Shown here one piece after another: positions 32,884 to 43,138 of a stretch of 64,000 bases of DNA. The stretch comes from Escherichia coli (GTDB lineage Bacteria; Pseudomonadota; Gammaproteobacteria; Enterobacterales; Enterobacteriaceae): assembly GCF_030013595.1 (NCBI RefSeq), contig NZ_CP122768.1, one strand, 5' to 3'. The notes below the pieces were generated by a model. That model did not search any database. It saw nothing but the letters and a program-made list of their open reading frames with translations, and had not been told where the DNA came from. The stretch's first letter is position 1, and every line of letters starts with the position of its first letter. Position numbers and translations under genes: made by a program.

Positions 32884-33233
32884 CTATTATCAATAATGGA
32901 AAACAATAAAAATTTAATTATTTCTCTTAATGCTTGCGGTCTAGTTATTCTACCTTGCATTTTTTTACATTGTATTAAACCACTTACAACACCGTTATGG
33001 TATAGCACGCAGTCGCGTCCTCTTTCAGAAACTCCTTGCATTAAAGATATTGAGGATATATTTTTATGCTTTCCATCTTCAATTTCGTTCTTTACTAACA
33101 AATAACATAGCAACTCAAATTCTCGATCACCTAATTCTGAAAAGGGAAGCAATCCGATACCAGAATCTATAGTCCATGGTCTATATCCTGATTGAGCCTC
33201 GATATTAATTTGTTCGTCACTGATTTTTTTCAC
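32808..33233 (-). CDS. Mrr-like PD-(D/E)xK restriction-endonuclease catalytic domain protein (N-terminal part of a probably longer gene)
   Basis: GTG start at 33233 with strong SD (AAGGAGatttaaGTG); translation ...LGDREFELLCYLLVKNEIEDGKHKNISSISLMQGVSERGRDCVLYHNGVVSGLIQCKKMQGRITRPQALREII fits the Mrr_cat pattern (FExL..LL, GxD, QxK, later R). Confidence 0.6.
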   Translation of the reverse strand: MKKISDEQINIEAQSGYRPWTIDSGIGLLPFSELGDREFELLCYLLVKNEIEDGKHKNISSISLMQGVSERGRDCVLYHNGVVSGLIQCKKMQGRITRPQALREIIKFLLFSIIDNSCFPLLIVSNISCMYQMTSLKLQTH

Positions 33234-33548
33234 TTAAATCTCCTTCTAATCTTATTGACCTACTCCCTACATTGTAACAGGGGATGATGATAAGGTGTAT
33301 CTTTCGAGCTATAAGCACGATAAATAAGTGATTAAAAATGACTCTTTAAACTATTTTAATTTAAAAAATTAATTGTTAGTTCTAATTATGGTATGAGGGC
33401 ATTTTCGGCATAGTTCTAACCATATACTTTGGTAAAAATGACTGTTACGGAACAGACCATAGTAATGCCTGCTATTGGCACGGAGCGGGCCGCCTGAGCG
33501 CCGTGGGGTCTGCAAACGGTAAGCATACCGATAACTATACGCTTGGCC

Positions 33549-33968
33549 TTAGTAACTTTTGCTCCCCTCAATAAATCCGCCATCTTTTATCGGACTGCAA
33601 TGTCCTTCTTCATCAATCAGTTGCTCGTCTTTCAGGTAGGTATATCGATAGATAATTGAGCCATTATCCATCTCACCATTGGTTCGTTTCATTAGGAGAG
33701 TAAAATGTAACGGGCTGTCCCTATATCGAGCTATTCCATGAATATTGGCAAGTACCTCATATTGACGCTCAGGTGATAACCCTTTAAATACATCGAGATA
33801 TCCATGGAATGTTCCATAGAGTGAAGAAGTGTAGATCAGTCGCTGCTCTGGACCAGTAACTTTAAGAGTAATTTGTTCACCCGTATTACAGGTTAGCTTG
33901 GCGGGAAATGTCTCAGCCTGAGCAGAAGAAATAGTCAAGCTTAAAATTATCAGGTAGCAATATTTCAT
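33549..33968 (-). CDS. Secreted (signal-peptide) protein of unknown function, prophage cargo
   Basis: ATG at 33968; MKYCYLIILSLTISSAQA|ETFPAKLTCNTGEQITLKV... (AxA signal peptidase site); AT-rich. Confidence 0.6.
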   Translation of the reverse strand: MKYCYLIILSLTISSAQAETFPAKLTCNTGEQITLKVTGPEQRLIYTSSLYGTFHGYLDVFKGLSPERQYEVLANIHGIARYRDSPLHFTLLMKRTNGEMDNGSIIYRYTYLKDEQLIDEEGHCSPIKDGGFIEGSKSY

Positions 33969-34252
33969 GTGATTAGAATGTCCAAAACTAACATGTATAC
34001 TCGGGATTCTATAACTAGTTGGATGTAGACCCAAGATGTATTGGACTATTCTTCGGTTGTAGTTGGTCAAATCATATATTTTATGTCAGCAATGTCTACT
34101 TTTGGCACATAGCAGACCAGAGACACTGGCGTAAAGCCATGGAGGATCGGTGGGAGGAGGTAAAAATCCTCTCATGCAAAAAATACGCAAAATCGATAAC
34201 AGTTGGAAATCATTCAATACTCGCACTATCGGAAGTTCACCAGCCAGTCGTA

Positions 34253-34290
34253 GCACGTTCTTGCATATGACGTGGCTACGGGTTTCGAGA
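34253..34290. repeat. Direct repeat R1: diverged copy of the pinE 3' end plus terminator hairpin
   Basis: gtAGCACGtTCTTGCATAtGACGTGgCTACGGgTTTC aligns with 35270-35305 (gcAGCACGaTCTTGCATAcGACGTGCTACGGTTTC). Confidence 0.7.
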
Positions 34291-34376
34291 CCGACCCGAT
34301 CATCAAACGAAACATAAAATTAGCTCACATTATGAGGAAAGGTATCTTTTTGCGCTATGTAAATTCAAAGGGTTAG

Positions 34377-35246
<870 letters not shown>

Positions 35247-35269
35247 GTCTTTAAGTGATAAGCATAAAC

Positions 35270-35305
35270 CGCAGCACGATCTTGCATACGACGTGCTACG
35301 GTTTC
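35270..35305. repeat. Direct repeat R2: pinE 3' end/terminator hairpin
   Basis: Hairpin GCAGCACG-13nt-CGTGCTAC immediately after pinE stop codon; partner of R1. Confidence 0.7.
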
Positions 35306-35858
35306 ATTTATCTCCGACCGGAAACTTCTTATACAAAGTCGATACACCCACATCGTAGATAATCGCCACCTTCTGGCGAGGAGTTCCTGCTGCAATTAAT
35401 CTTCCGGCTTGTGCCCATTGTTCTGGTGTAAGTTTGGGACGACGTCCACCAATTCGTCCCTGTGCGCGAGCAGCTTCCAGTCCAGCTTTTGTTCGTTCAA
35501 CAATCAGTTCACGCTCCATTTCAGCCAGGGCACCCATCACATGAAAGAAAAAGCGTCCCATTGGTGTGCTGGTATCAATTGAATCCGTCAGACTATGAAA
35601 GTTGATGCCTCGTTCGCGCAACTCCTCCACCAACACGACAAGATGCCGCATACTACGCCCCAGCCGATCCAGCTTCCAGACAACCAGAGTGTCACCTGCC
35701 GATAATGTCCTGAGCAGTTTTTTCAGTCCCGGCCTTTCGGACTTTGTGCCGCTTATCTTGTCTTCAAAAATCAGCTCGCATCCTGCACAGTTCAGCGCAT
35801 TACGTTGTAGATCTGTGTTCTGGTCATTTGTTGATACGCGTACATAGCCAATAAGCAT
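35304..35858 (-). CDS. pinE: Serine DNA invertase Pin (Gin/Hin/Cin family)
   Basis: MLIGYVRVSTNDQNTDLQRNALNCAGCELIFEDKISGTKSERPGLKKLLRTLSAGDTLVVWKLDRLGRSMRHLV..., 184 aa, catalytic Ser in VRVSTNDQ; ORF trimmed to ATG 35858. Confidence 0.88.
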   Translation of the reverse strand: MLIGYVRVSTNDQNTDLQRNALNCAGCELIFEDKISGTKSERPGLKKLLRTLSAGDTLVVWKLDRLGRSMRHLVVLVEELRERGINFHSLTDSIDTSTPMGRFFFHVMGALAEMERELIVERTKAGLEAARAQGRIGGRRPKLTPEQWAQAGRLIAAGTPRQKVAIIYDVGVSTLYKKFPVGDK

Positions 35859-35884
35859 GGTAGATCCCCCTGACAAAAGCAGGA

Positions 35885-36283
35885 ATGATGCCATTTGCTC
35901 GTTATTTCTGCATTTTCATAAACGTTGGTTTGGGAGAAGCGGCAAAGAGGAATGTGGGGACAGGAGAAAATCAGGTACCGGATATGAACAGCTTTGGTAA
36001 CTCATTGACCGCCAATGGATACCAGAAATTACCTGGGGGGATGATTATTCAATGGGGGAGTTTTTCTGTCTCACCAACCGGAGGAAGTGTTGGAACAGTT
36101 GATATAACATTACCTGTAGCTTTCCCTGCTGCTTGTCGTTCGGTAAACGCTCTTATTTCAACTAATGATCCTTCTGCCCGTTCTGTGGGCTTTGATATTG
36201 GAAGTACCAACAGAACTAAAATCAGATTTACTTACACTTCTGCTACAACAAATTCAATTTACTGGATGGCTGTGGGGTATTAA
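35885..36283 (+). CDS. Alternative tail-fibre C-terminal (variable) segment, currently in unfused orientation
   Basis: Reading frame open from 35864 without conserved fibre N-terminus; followed 3 nt later by a tail-fibre-assembly gene. Confidence 0.5.
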   Translation: MMPFARYFCIFINVGLGEAAKRNVGTGENQVPDMNSFGNSLTANGYQKLPGGMIIQWGSFSVSPTGGSVGTVDITLPVAFPAACRSVNALISTNDPSARSVGFDIGSTNRTKIRFTYTSATTNSIYWMAVGY

Positions 36284-36285
36284 CT

Positions 36286-36717
36286 ATGGAAAAGACATAT
36301 TATTTTAATCCCTCTGATTCGGGATTTTATATTTCACCAGATAGCCAAACCATTCCTGAGAACGCTACGAAAATAAACTTTACTATTTATTCTGAGTTCG
36401 CAGGAGTTGCATGGCCTGATGGTAAAATACTTGGTTCAGATAAAAATGGTTTTCCAGCATGGCAGGATGCGCCACCACTTACCAGCGAAGAATTAATCTC
36501 AATCGCTGAATCAAATAAACAGCGATTAGTTAATCAGGCCAACGAATACATGAACAGTAAACAATGGCCTGGTAAAGCGGCGATTGGTCGTCTGAAAGGT
36601 GAGGAACTGGCGCAATATAATTTGTGGCTGGATTATCTGGACGCACTGGAACTGGTCGATACTTCCAGTGCGCCAGATATTGAATGGCCTACTCCTCCGG
36701 CAGTTCAGGCCAGATGA
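36286..36717 (+). CDS. Tail fibre assembly protein (alternative orientation)
   Basis: 143-aa ORF ending ...[28 protein letters not shown]; C-terminus similar to minus-strand Tfa (...[25 protein letters not shown]). Confidence 0.65.
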   Translation: MEKTYYFNPSDSGFYISPDSQTIPENATKINFTIYSEFAGVAWPDGKILGSDKNGFPAWQDAPPLTSEELISIAESNKQRLVNQANEYMNSKQWPGKAAIGRLKGEELAQYNLWLDYLDALELVDTSSAPDIEWPTPPAVQAR

Positions 36718-37294
36718 CATCCGGCGCGGTACTGGTATCTGTTGCCGTCACCGCGTCAATGTAATCCAGCACAGTGTTAAGTCGGGTGGTCTCTGCCTGC
36801 ATCAGCTTCCGCCCGGCCTGCAATTTCAGTTGAATCAGACTAATGGAAGCCATTGCAGTATCAATCAGTGACTGACGTTGTGCTTCTGCCGCGTCTACTG
36901 CGGCGCTATGCTGTGTCTCAGTATCCGTTACCCATTTCTCACCATCCCATTTATCGTATGGCGTTAACGGGGCGATAGTGGTTGTTTTTTCGGGGTAATC
37001 ACCCGGAGTTGTGATTTCTTTGGCGTCTCCCGTTTCGGTGTTATAGACGATTTCACCGCGATGGTCTGGTACATATTCCCATGAGTTAAAATCTGCAGAG
37101 CGGCAGATTGCATAACCAGCTTTGTAGGTGCCTGGAGCATCTAAACAGGAATATGCCGGAATGCCGACACCAACAGCAAGATATTCAGTTGAAGCTGAAA
37201 TATACTCCCGACTCATGACGTCAAAGTTATAAACAGTAATTTCTCCTGCCATAGTGGCAATTAATTCACTGTTTAATTCTGCGTTATTCATCAT
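36689..37294 (-). CDS. Tail fibre assembly protein
   Basis: 201-aa ORF immediately downstream of tail fibre gene (4-nt overlap); conserved Tfa C-terminal motif. Confidence 0.7.
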   Translation of the reverse strand: MMNNAELNSELIATMAGEITVYNFDVMSREYISASTEYLAVGVGIPAYSCLDAPGTYKAGYAICRSADFNSWEYVPDHRGEIVYNTETGDAKEITTPGDYPEKTTTIAPLTPYDKWDGEKWVTDTETQHSAAVDAAEAQRQSLIDTAMASISLIQLKLQAGRKLMQAETTRLNTVLDYIDAVTATDTSTAPDVIWPELPEE

Positions 37295-38076
37295 GCGGCC
37301 CTCACAATATAATTAAAGGCGATGTTACGTGGACGATTTTCATTTGCTGTTGGAACAACATTTGCCGCCGAGAAGTGAACATCTTGTCGGATTTTTCGGT
37401 CATTAGCGTATGTCATAGACACATTGATGTTATTCCGGACTGAGGTACCTCCGTAAAAAGCTCCACTCACACTTTGAACATCGACAATTGCATTAATTTC
37501 GCTGTTTACGCGCAACTGACCAAAACCGCCAGTAATGTTTCGAATAGCATCTCCTTGCGATGAAAGCAGAGTTCGCCCACTATCCACACCACGTTCATCA
37601 TCCCAGCCACGAATAAACTCACCGCGTAAATCAGGCAATTTATTTGTCGGGTAAGACTTTGCCAGTTCCGGGTATTCTTCAGCAGAAAAAGCCGCACCAT
37701 TGCATTTCAGCCAGCCTGTTGGTGGAGTGGCTGAAGGCCACGGAACAGGCACACCAACGGGTAATGCCGAACCTTCTCCCAAACCAAGGTTTTCGAGAGC
37801 TGTTTTCACCGTGCCATCCGATTTGATATCGCCAAACGGATTCTTGCGGCTTAACAGCAGCGCACGAAGCGCGGTAAGCAGCTGGTCATGCCGCCCCTTC
37901 TCCAGGCTGGCACCGGATGCCTCCACAACGCTGCAAAGCTCCTCCTGCAACATGTCAAAGTAGTCATCATCCAGATCGGTGGCAGGCGTGCCGGTCTGGG
38001 GGTTACCACGGGTAAAACCGTTCTTACCCGCGCCGAACTTATCCTTCTGCGCGGTTTTCGTGTCTATACGATGCAT
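37291..38076 (-). CDS. Tail fibre protein (constant N-terminus fused to current variable C-terminus)
   Basis: 261-aa [50 protein letters not shown]... ending ...[11 protein letters not shown]. Confidence 0.7.
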   Translation of the reverse strand: MHRIDTKTAQKDKFGAGKNGFTRGNPQTGTPATDLDDDYFDMLQEELCSVVEASGASLEKGRHDQLLTALRALLLSRKNPFGDIKSDGTVKTALENLGLGEGSALPVGVPVPWPSATPPTGWLKCNGAAFSAEEYPELAKSYPTNKLPDLRGEFIRGWDDERGVDSGRTLLSSQGDAIRNITGGFGQLRVNSEINAIVDVQSVSGAFYGGTSVRNNINVSMTYANDRKIRQDVHFSAANVVPTANENRPRNIAFNYIVRAA

Positions 38077-38079
38077 GGA

Positions 38080-38664
38080 TTACTCCGGATATTTAAAAAT
38101 CACATAGGTATGCGACGGGCAGAGTTTGTTAAGAACACACTCGACAACGGTGTCCCCCCAGAAGCGCAGCGCGGAATCACAGGGATCGCCACATGTCATC
38201 CAGGTGGTGTTGGTGGCGGCTGGCATGTTGACCTGCCAGTAATACCGCCATTCAGGCGCATTCACCGCGTCAGTACAGGCCGATGAGCAGGTGAACGTGC
38301 TTTTGTCGTATCGCGTGATGTTGGCATCCAGTCTGCCCAGGGCAGCAAGCTGTGCAAGATAAAAATTCTCGTTGATGCCGCCCGCCAGGTTAACCTTCGC
38401 ATCCAGCCGTTGCTGACGCTGGCGAAGGGTCTGTGTCCCTGTAGGAATACATTCATCCGGCAGGCCGCACAGACGCTCCCAGCGATTTATCAGTTCGGTG
38501 GTGGTGCGCGGATCCAGCTCCCGCATCAGGGCATCCGCACGCTGATGAACGCGGGTTAATGACGGTGCCGCACCGGCAATCGCCGGATCGCTGGCTGACC
38601 ACGCCGGACCGGGCGGCAACAGTGCTGACAACAGACGGATGTAATCATCGTTTGTCACGTCCAT
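38080..38664 (-). CDS. Tail/baseplate protein (Mu gp48-like)
   Basis: 194-aa ORF between baseplate J gene and tail fibre gene; gene order matches Mu tail module. Confidence 0.6.
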   Translation of the reverse strand: MDVTNDDYIRLLSALLPPGPAWSASDPAIAGAAPSLTRVHQRADALMRELDPRTTTELINRWERLCGLPDECIPTGTQTLRQRQQRLDAKVNLAGGINENFYLAQLAALGRLDANITRYDKSTFTCSSACTDAVNAPEWRYYWQVNMPAATNTTWMTCGDPCDSALRFWGDTVVECVLNKLCPSHTYVIFKYPE

Positions 38665-39713
38665 GAAATCGCCCCCAGAACCGCCAGTTCATTTTTTGCA
38701 ATGGTGATATTGTCCGCCGGTGCAAGCAACTGATGGCTGTATTCCCCGTTCGCACCGGAAATCGCTTCACTGATACGTGACACCTTCAGTTCTCCCTGCG
38801 GATAACCATCACGCAGCAGGAACGAACGCAACTCCGCGGTGATGGCAGCCCGTATTTCCGGTGTGTCCGGCGTAACACGGATATGAAAATCCACCGTATG
38901 TGCCACCGGCCTGAACACATACAAATCAGAGCCTGCCACCGGGGCCAGTGGCCCGATATGTTGTCTTGCCGCCGTTTCCGTTGATTCTTCCGGAATGGGA
39001 TTAATCAGGTCACTGCTGGCAATCATCACACCGACAGTCCCCGTTCCCATCCAGTGTCGGTATGTCCATGCGCGGGTAATGCCAGGCACTTCTTTAGCCC
39101 AGACGACATAGTCCCCGTCAGCCCCGCCCTGCGGCGTCCAGTAATACCGCTCAATGACGCGGGCGCGCCACGTTTCCAGCTCTTCAGTATCAAATCCGCC
39201 TGTCAGGGTGTCAGCCACACCGGAAGACGGCAGACCATTCACCGGCGTGACCAGGATTAATGCCGTACCGTCGTCAGCGTTACCGACCGCACCTGCACTT
39301 GAGCAGGCGATCGGCACGCGCAGGACACCACCGGAGCTGATTGCATCGTCAGTTGTCGTGTACTGCACCAGGTCATCGCGCTGAATAACACTCCCGGCAG
39401 TCACCTTCAGGCCATCGCTGACACCTTCCCAGCGCATATACCCGCTGGCAACCGTGGCTCCCTTGCGCGGACACCGTTTCATCGCAGCATGTCGCGCCAA
39501 CCAGGACTCATCGCACAGGTCAGGCAGCATATTCATTGCCAGATAATCGATGTAACCGTAGACCGTATGCAGCGCCGCCGCATACACCTTTGCCCGCACG
39601 TCTTCATCCATGCGCCGGAGCGTGTCGCTGACGTCCAGCCTGGCGAATAAATCGTTACGGAGCATACTGATATTTTCTGCCAGCGTCGGGCGCTGAAATT
39701 CACTGTCCGCCAT
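38655..39713 (-). CDS. Baseplate J-like protein (Mu gp47-like)
   Basis: 352-aa ORF; size and position in Mu-like order. Confidence 0.65.
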   Translation of the reverse strand: MADSEFQRPTLAENISMLRNDLFARLDVSDTLRRMDEDVRAKVYAAALHTVYGYIDYLAMNMLPDLCDESWLARHAAMKRCPRKGATVASGYMRWEGVSDGLKVTAGSVIQRDDLVQYTTTDDAISSGGVLRVPIACSSAGAVGNADDGTALILVTPVNGLPSSGVADTLTGGFDTEELETWRARVIERYYWTPQGGADGDYVVWAKEVPGITRAWTYRHWMGTGTVGVMIASSDLINPIPEESTETAARQHIGPLAPVAGSDLYVFRPVAHTVDFHIRVTPDTPEIRAAITAELRSFLLRDGYPQGELKVSRISEAISGANGEYSHQLLAPADNITIAKNELAVLGAISWT

Positions 39714-40128
39714 GCGTTATCGCACTCCACAGATCATCAAAAGAAATCATTACTGGTCCATCACGACGCCAGAGGGTGATACTGTTACCCAGCTCATTAA
39801 TCCCGGTGCGGCGGATATCCAGATCAATACGGGACACCACGCCGTCATCAGTCATCCATTGCAGGCATTCGCGGATATATCCCCTTACCGTCTGCACCAG
39901 CTGATTGGTCAGTTTGCTGCGCTGAAGCAGCCACAGTCGGGAGCCGTAACGGTCATTCTGTACCGCAGGCCAGGTATCCCCCCACCATCCCATCGGGACG
40001 TCGGCATTGTCATCAGGCTCCGCCCGCCGCCAGGTGAACAGGGAAATCACCACGGCGCGGGTCAGCGGATCCAGCGGTGCGCTGGCGCAGGTGCGTTTAC
40101 CGTTCACCGTCAGCCACAGTTCCATCAT
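39700..40128 (-). CDS. Baseplate protein (Mu gp46 / gp25-like)
   Basis: 142-aa ORF; position between V-like and J-like genes. Confidence 0.55.
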   Translation of the reverse strand: MMELWLTVNGKRTCASAPLDPLTRAVVISLFTWRRAEPDDNADVPMGWWGDTWPAVQNDRYGSRLWLLQRSKLTNQLVQTVRGYIRECLQWMTDDGVVSRIDLDIRRTGINELGNSITLWRRDGPVMISFDDLWSAITHGGQ

Positions 40129-40673
40129 GCCTCCATCGCTTTATCAGGTTTGTCGGTGTTACTGCCCTGACCGTTCTCTCTGTGACGATGCCCGTTATAG
40201 GCAAGCCGCATCGCTGACATGGTGGTGCCGCCGGAGTCGCACAGGTCTTTCACTTGTCCGGTCACTTCCAGATCCATTTCAAAACGTGCTTCAGTTGCAT
40301 TGCGAAACGTGATCGTTTTCCCTGCACCGTCCACCACGATCCCCTCCCGGGTCAGCGTCACAGACTGCCCCTGATCGTCATAGACAGCCACCTCACCCGT
40401 CTGCAGCCCTTTCAGGCGGTAGCGCCGGTCCGACACCGTAACAACCACCGCATGAGAACGGTCGCCATCCGGAAACAACACCACCGCTTCCGCACCGCTG
40501 TTTGCCCTTGCGGTAAAACCGTAGGGTTCAAGATGTTCAACCCCGGCTTTGGGTTCACCGGCAATCAGGGACACATCCACGGTCTGACATTTCGTGGCGG
40601 CACTGATGCTTTTCACCACGGCCCGCCCAATCAGGCCGAGAAGTTGTCGCTGCATGGCTTCAATCGTCCTCAT
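40125..40673 (-). CDS. Baseplate assembly protein V-like (Mu gp45-like spike)
   Basis: 182-aa ORF; position. Confidence 0.6.
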   Translation of the reverse strand: MRTIEAMQRQLLGLIGRAVVKSISAATKCQTVDVSLIAGEPKAGVEHLEPYGFTARANSGAEAVVLFPDGDRSHAVVVTVSDRRYRLKGLQTGEVAVYDDQGQSVTLTREGIVVDGAGKTITFRNATEARFEMDLEVTGQVKDLCDSGGTTMSAMRLAYNGHRHRENGQGSNTDKPDKAMEA

Positions 40674-41752
40674 CAGAACGGGTCCTCCTGTACTCTGGCT
40701 TTTTTCTTTTTCCGCGCGCCGGGGGCTTCGGGTCCAGGCAGATAAGCATCAGGCGGGCCGACACGGATTTCCGTCAGGGTGCCGTTCTGGTCCTGAGTAA
40801 ACGTGACTTCCGAGACAAGCAGTTCGGTATTGTCGAAACCACAGACCGGATCGAAGACAATCACCCGCTGGTTGGGCTGCCACAGCGTACCGTTACCCTG
40901 TCGCCAGCCCTGCACCACATAGGTGGTTTCATCCGTCCGCGCCGCCCGTTGCCGGGCTTCAAAGTCAGCACGCGCAATACAGCCTGCCCCCGTAGCCTGC
41001 CCTGTCTGCCTGATATACATCGGACGGTAACGGGCAATAAATGCGTCTTCTGTGCGGGCCCGCAGCGCGGTGGTGGTGGCCTCACCGAAATCATCGTCGT
41101 TTCCGGCACGCTGCCCCGCCACCTGGTAAACAGAAAACCGCTCCCGGATACTCTTCTCCGTATCGCAGGAAAGGATGTTTTCCCCGAGTACCAGCGCGGT
41201 ATGTGCCCGCGTTGAGCCAATACCGCCAATCACCAGCCTGCCGTGCGAGTCGTCGTAAGCCAGCGCCTGCTGCTGACCGAGTATTTTGTTGATCACCTCG
41301 ATCACCGTTTCACCGTGATCAGGCTGGACATCAGGAATAACACCCGACGGCGCACCGCTGTTCACCACCTCAATGCCGAAAGGCGCAGCAAGCGCCTGCG
41401 CAATCTGTACCAGCGATCGTCCGTTAAACTGTGTCGGTTCGGCTGCACAGTCAATCAGGTCAGCGGTCAGACTACGTCCGGCAATACCGGTGCTGACCGA
41501 ACGGGCATCGTAACGAACGGGCGTCGCCTCCACCCAGCCAGTGATCACCAGCTCATCACCAATCAGCACTTCCACTTTTGAACCGTTTTTAATGCGCGGC
41601 TGAAGCGTGGTGATACCCTCATCTCCCGGCCACTGGCGGGTGATCTCCACACTGAAATCCCGCGCCAGTCGTTCAACACCGGCACCGATGCGCACCGATG
41701 TCCAGCCATTCCACTCCCGGCCATTTACCCGTAGCGTGACGTTATCGTTCAT
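40673..41752 (-). CDS. Baseplate hub / tail protein (Mu gp44-like)
   Basis: 359-aa ORF; position following DNA circulation gene. Confidence 0.6.
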   Translation of the reverse strand: MNDNVTLRVNGREWNGWTSVRIGAGVERLARDFSVEITRQWPGDEGITTLQPRIKNGSKVEVLIGDELVITGWVEATPVRYDARSVSTGIAGRSLTADLIDCAAEPTQFNGRSLVQIAQALAAPFGIEVVNSGAPSGVIPDVQPDHGETVIEVINKILGQQQALAYDDSHGRLVIGGIGSTRAHTALVLGENILSCDTEKSIRERFSVYQVAGQRAGNDDDFGEATTTALRARTEDAFIARYRPMYIRQTGQATGAGCIARADFEARQRAARTDETTYVVQGWRQGNGTLWQPNQRVIVFDPVCGFDNTELLVSEVTFTQDQNGTLTEIRVGPPDAYLPGPEAPGARKKKKARVQEDPF

Positions 41753-43077
41753 TGCACTGGCACCTTCAGAGGGATCACCGGCACAAAGCCGGGATGCGTA
41801 ATGGCATTACGCCGGATAATGTCCCCGTCACGCGCCGCGTTATCAAACCAGGTCGCCGCCAGCACCAGCGCGGGTAAAACCTCATCCGGCGTGCGCTGAA
41901 TGATCCGTGCAGACTGTTCAAGGCGCGTGTTGATATCCGCATTCAGATCTGCTTTCACCCGGCGCAGCGCCAGAAACAGCGCATCACTGGTTGTACGGGA
42001 CAACTCCTTATCAATTGCCGTATTCAGTGTGTCGCGAATGTCAGTCAGTTCTTCCCACGTTGGCAGGTCAACCGTGCTTTTCACCGCCGGTGCATTGTTC
42101 AGTGCCGGATGCGTGACGGAAGGCCAGCCAGTGCTCTGCGCGGGTGTTGTTGCCTGCCCCACTGCGGCATTCTGCATCACCGCGGAAGTTGTTGGCGCAG
42201 GCAATCGGGTGACGGCATACGCCGCTTCGCTGATTGCGGTCGTACGAAGGATGCTGGCAACCACGTTACGCTGCTGTGTCGCCGTGGCGGTGGTTTTACT
42301 GTCCGTTTTCCAGACGCCGCGCGGTTGCAGATCGCTGCCAAGGCTGACACCGGAAAGCGTTTTGATCATGGTGACCAGGTCGCTGGCGTTACCATAAAGG
42401 CGTTTCCCGGTACGCCACATTTTCTGCACCTGCTCAACGAAATTTTTGCCTGACGATGGTGGCGGCAGAAGTACCGAGATATCCCCCTGCAACAGCCTGG
42501 CAGCATCCGATACGGCAGAATCCACCACTTTCATCGCATCAGAAACATACCCAAGCATTGTGCTGGCATTACCGACGACGTCGTTCTGCACAAAATCCGC
42601 CACGCCATCGATACTGAAACCGCTGAAGCTGTCACTGATGCAGTTATCCAGTGCAGAACAGGATGACATCAGCGTCTGCGCCGTCGCCGCACCTGATGTG
42701 GGGTAAGAGAGTTCTCCTGCTTCGACAAACTTCAGGTCAAAGCGGACAATACGCCCTTCACTTTTCGATGTGCTGACCCGAACTTCCCCGTCAACACAGA
42801 CTTTCAGCTCACCGTATGTCGGATGGACAAGCGTGCCGGGACCGGGTTTATTCAGCGCGTCAATCAGGCGATCGCGCTGGTCAAAGCAGTCATCTCCCAC
42901 CACATAAGCCGTGATGGACGGGCGAAAAGTGATTTTCCCCAGGTCTTCGGTATAGGGTTTGTCGCGGTTCGGGTATTCATGTGTTTCCACACGGCGACCG
43001 GTTCCCGCACTTTCTTCTTCAACCTTAAACGGCACACCTCGAAATGACGCATCCTGAAGCCTGTCTTTCCACGTCAT
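41749..43077 (-). CDS. DNA circulation protein (Mu gp43-like)
   Basis: ATG at 43077 with SD GGAG 5 nt upstream; MTWKDRLQDASFRGVPFKVEEESAGTGRRVETHEYPNRDKPYTEDLG... (conserved N-terminal motif of this family). Confidence 0.7.
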   Translation of the reverse strand: MTWKDRLQDASFRGVPFKVEEESAGTGRRVETHEYPNRDKPYTEDLGKITFRPSITAYVVGDDCFDQRDRLIDALNKPGPGTLVHPTYGELKVCVDGEVRVSTSKSEGRIVRFDLKFVEAGELSYPTSGAATAQTLMSSCSALDNCISDSFSGFSIDGVADFVQNDVVGNASTMLGYVSDAMKVVDSAVSDAARLLQGDISVLLPPPSSGKNFVEQVQKMWRTGKRLYGNASDLVTMIKTLSGVSLGSDLQPRGVWKTDSKTTATATQQRNVVASILRTTAISEAAYAVTRLPAPTTSAVMQNAAVGQATTPAQSTGWPSVTHPALNNAPAVKSTVDLPTWEELTDIRDTLNTAIDKELSRTTSDALFLALRRVKADLNADINTRLEQSARIIQRTPDEVLPALVLAATWFDNAARDGDIIRRNAITHPGFVPVIPLKVPVQ

Positions 43078-43087
43078 ATACACTCCG

Positions 43088-43118
43088 AAAATAAAAAAGC
43101 CACCTATTAGAAGGTGGC
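43088..43118 (-). terminator. Intrinsic terminator of the moron gene, located inside the tail operon
   Basis: Minus strand: GCCACCTattagAAGGTGGC followed by ttttttatttt. Confidence 0.7.
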
Positions 43119-43138
43119 CTTGTAATGAATTTTATTAA

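Larger units (their letters stand above)
35864..37540. other. Pin-invertible tail-fibre segment (approximate boundaries): alternative fibre C-termini and two fibre-assembly genes in opposed orientation
   Basis: Convergent/divergent pairs: fibre C-terminus + tfa on plus strand (35885-36717) facing tfa + fibre on minus (36689-38076), adjacent to pin, as in Mu G or P1 C segments; candidate crossover motifs cTGACaAAAgCaGG (35870-35883) and cTGACcAAAaCcG (37519-37532). Confidence 0.45.

Noticed and set aside
33380-33548. GC-richer stretch with local dyads (GCACGG...CCGTGGGG) in the AT-rich intergenic region upstream of the Mrr-like gene, considered as a tRNA or retron-like ncRNA
   Set aside because: No cloverleaf or retron msr/msd-like architecture and no terminator; more likely promoter/leader sequence or a remnant. 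A covariance-model scan would be needed to say more.
34019-34270. 83-aa plus-strand ORF
   Set aside because: It overlaps the start region of the secreted-protein gene on the other strand and runs into direct repeat R1; no RBS.
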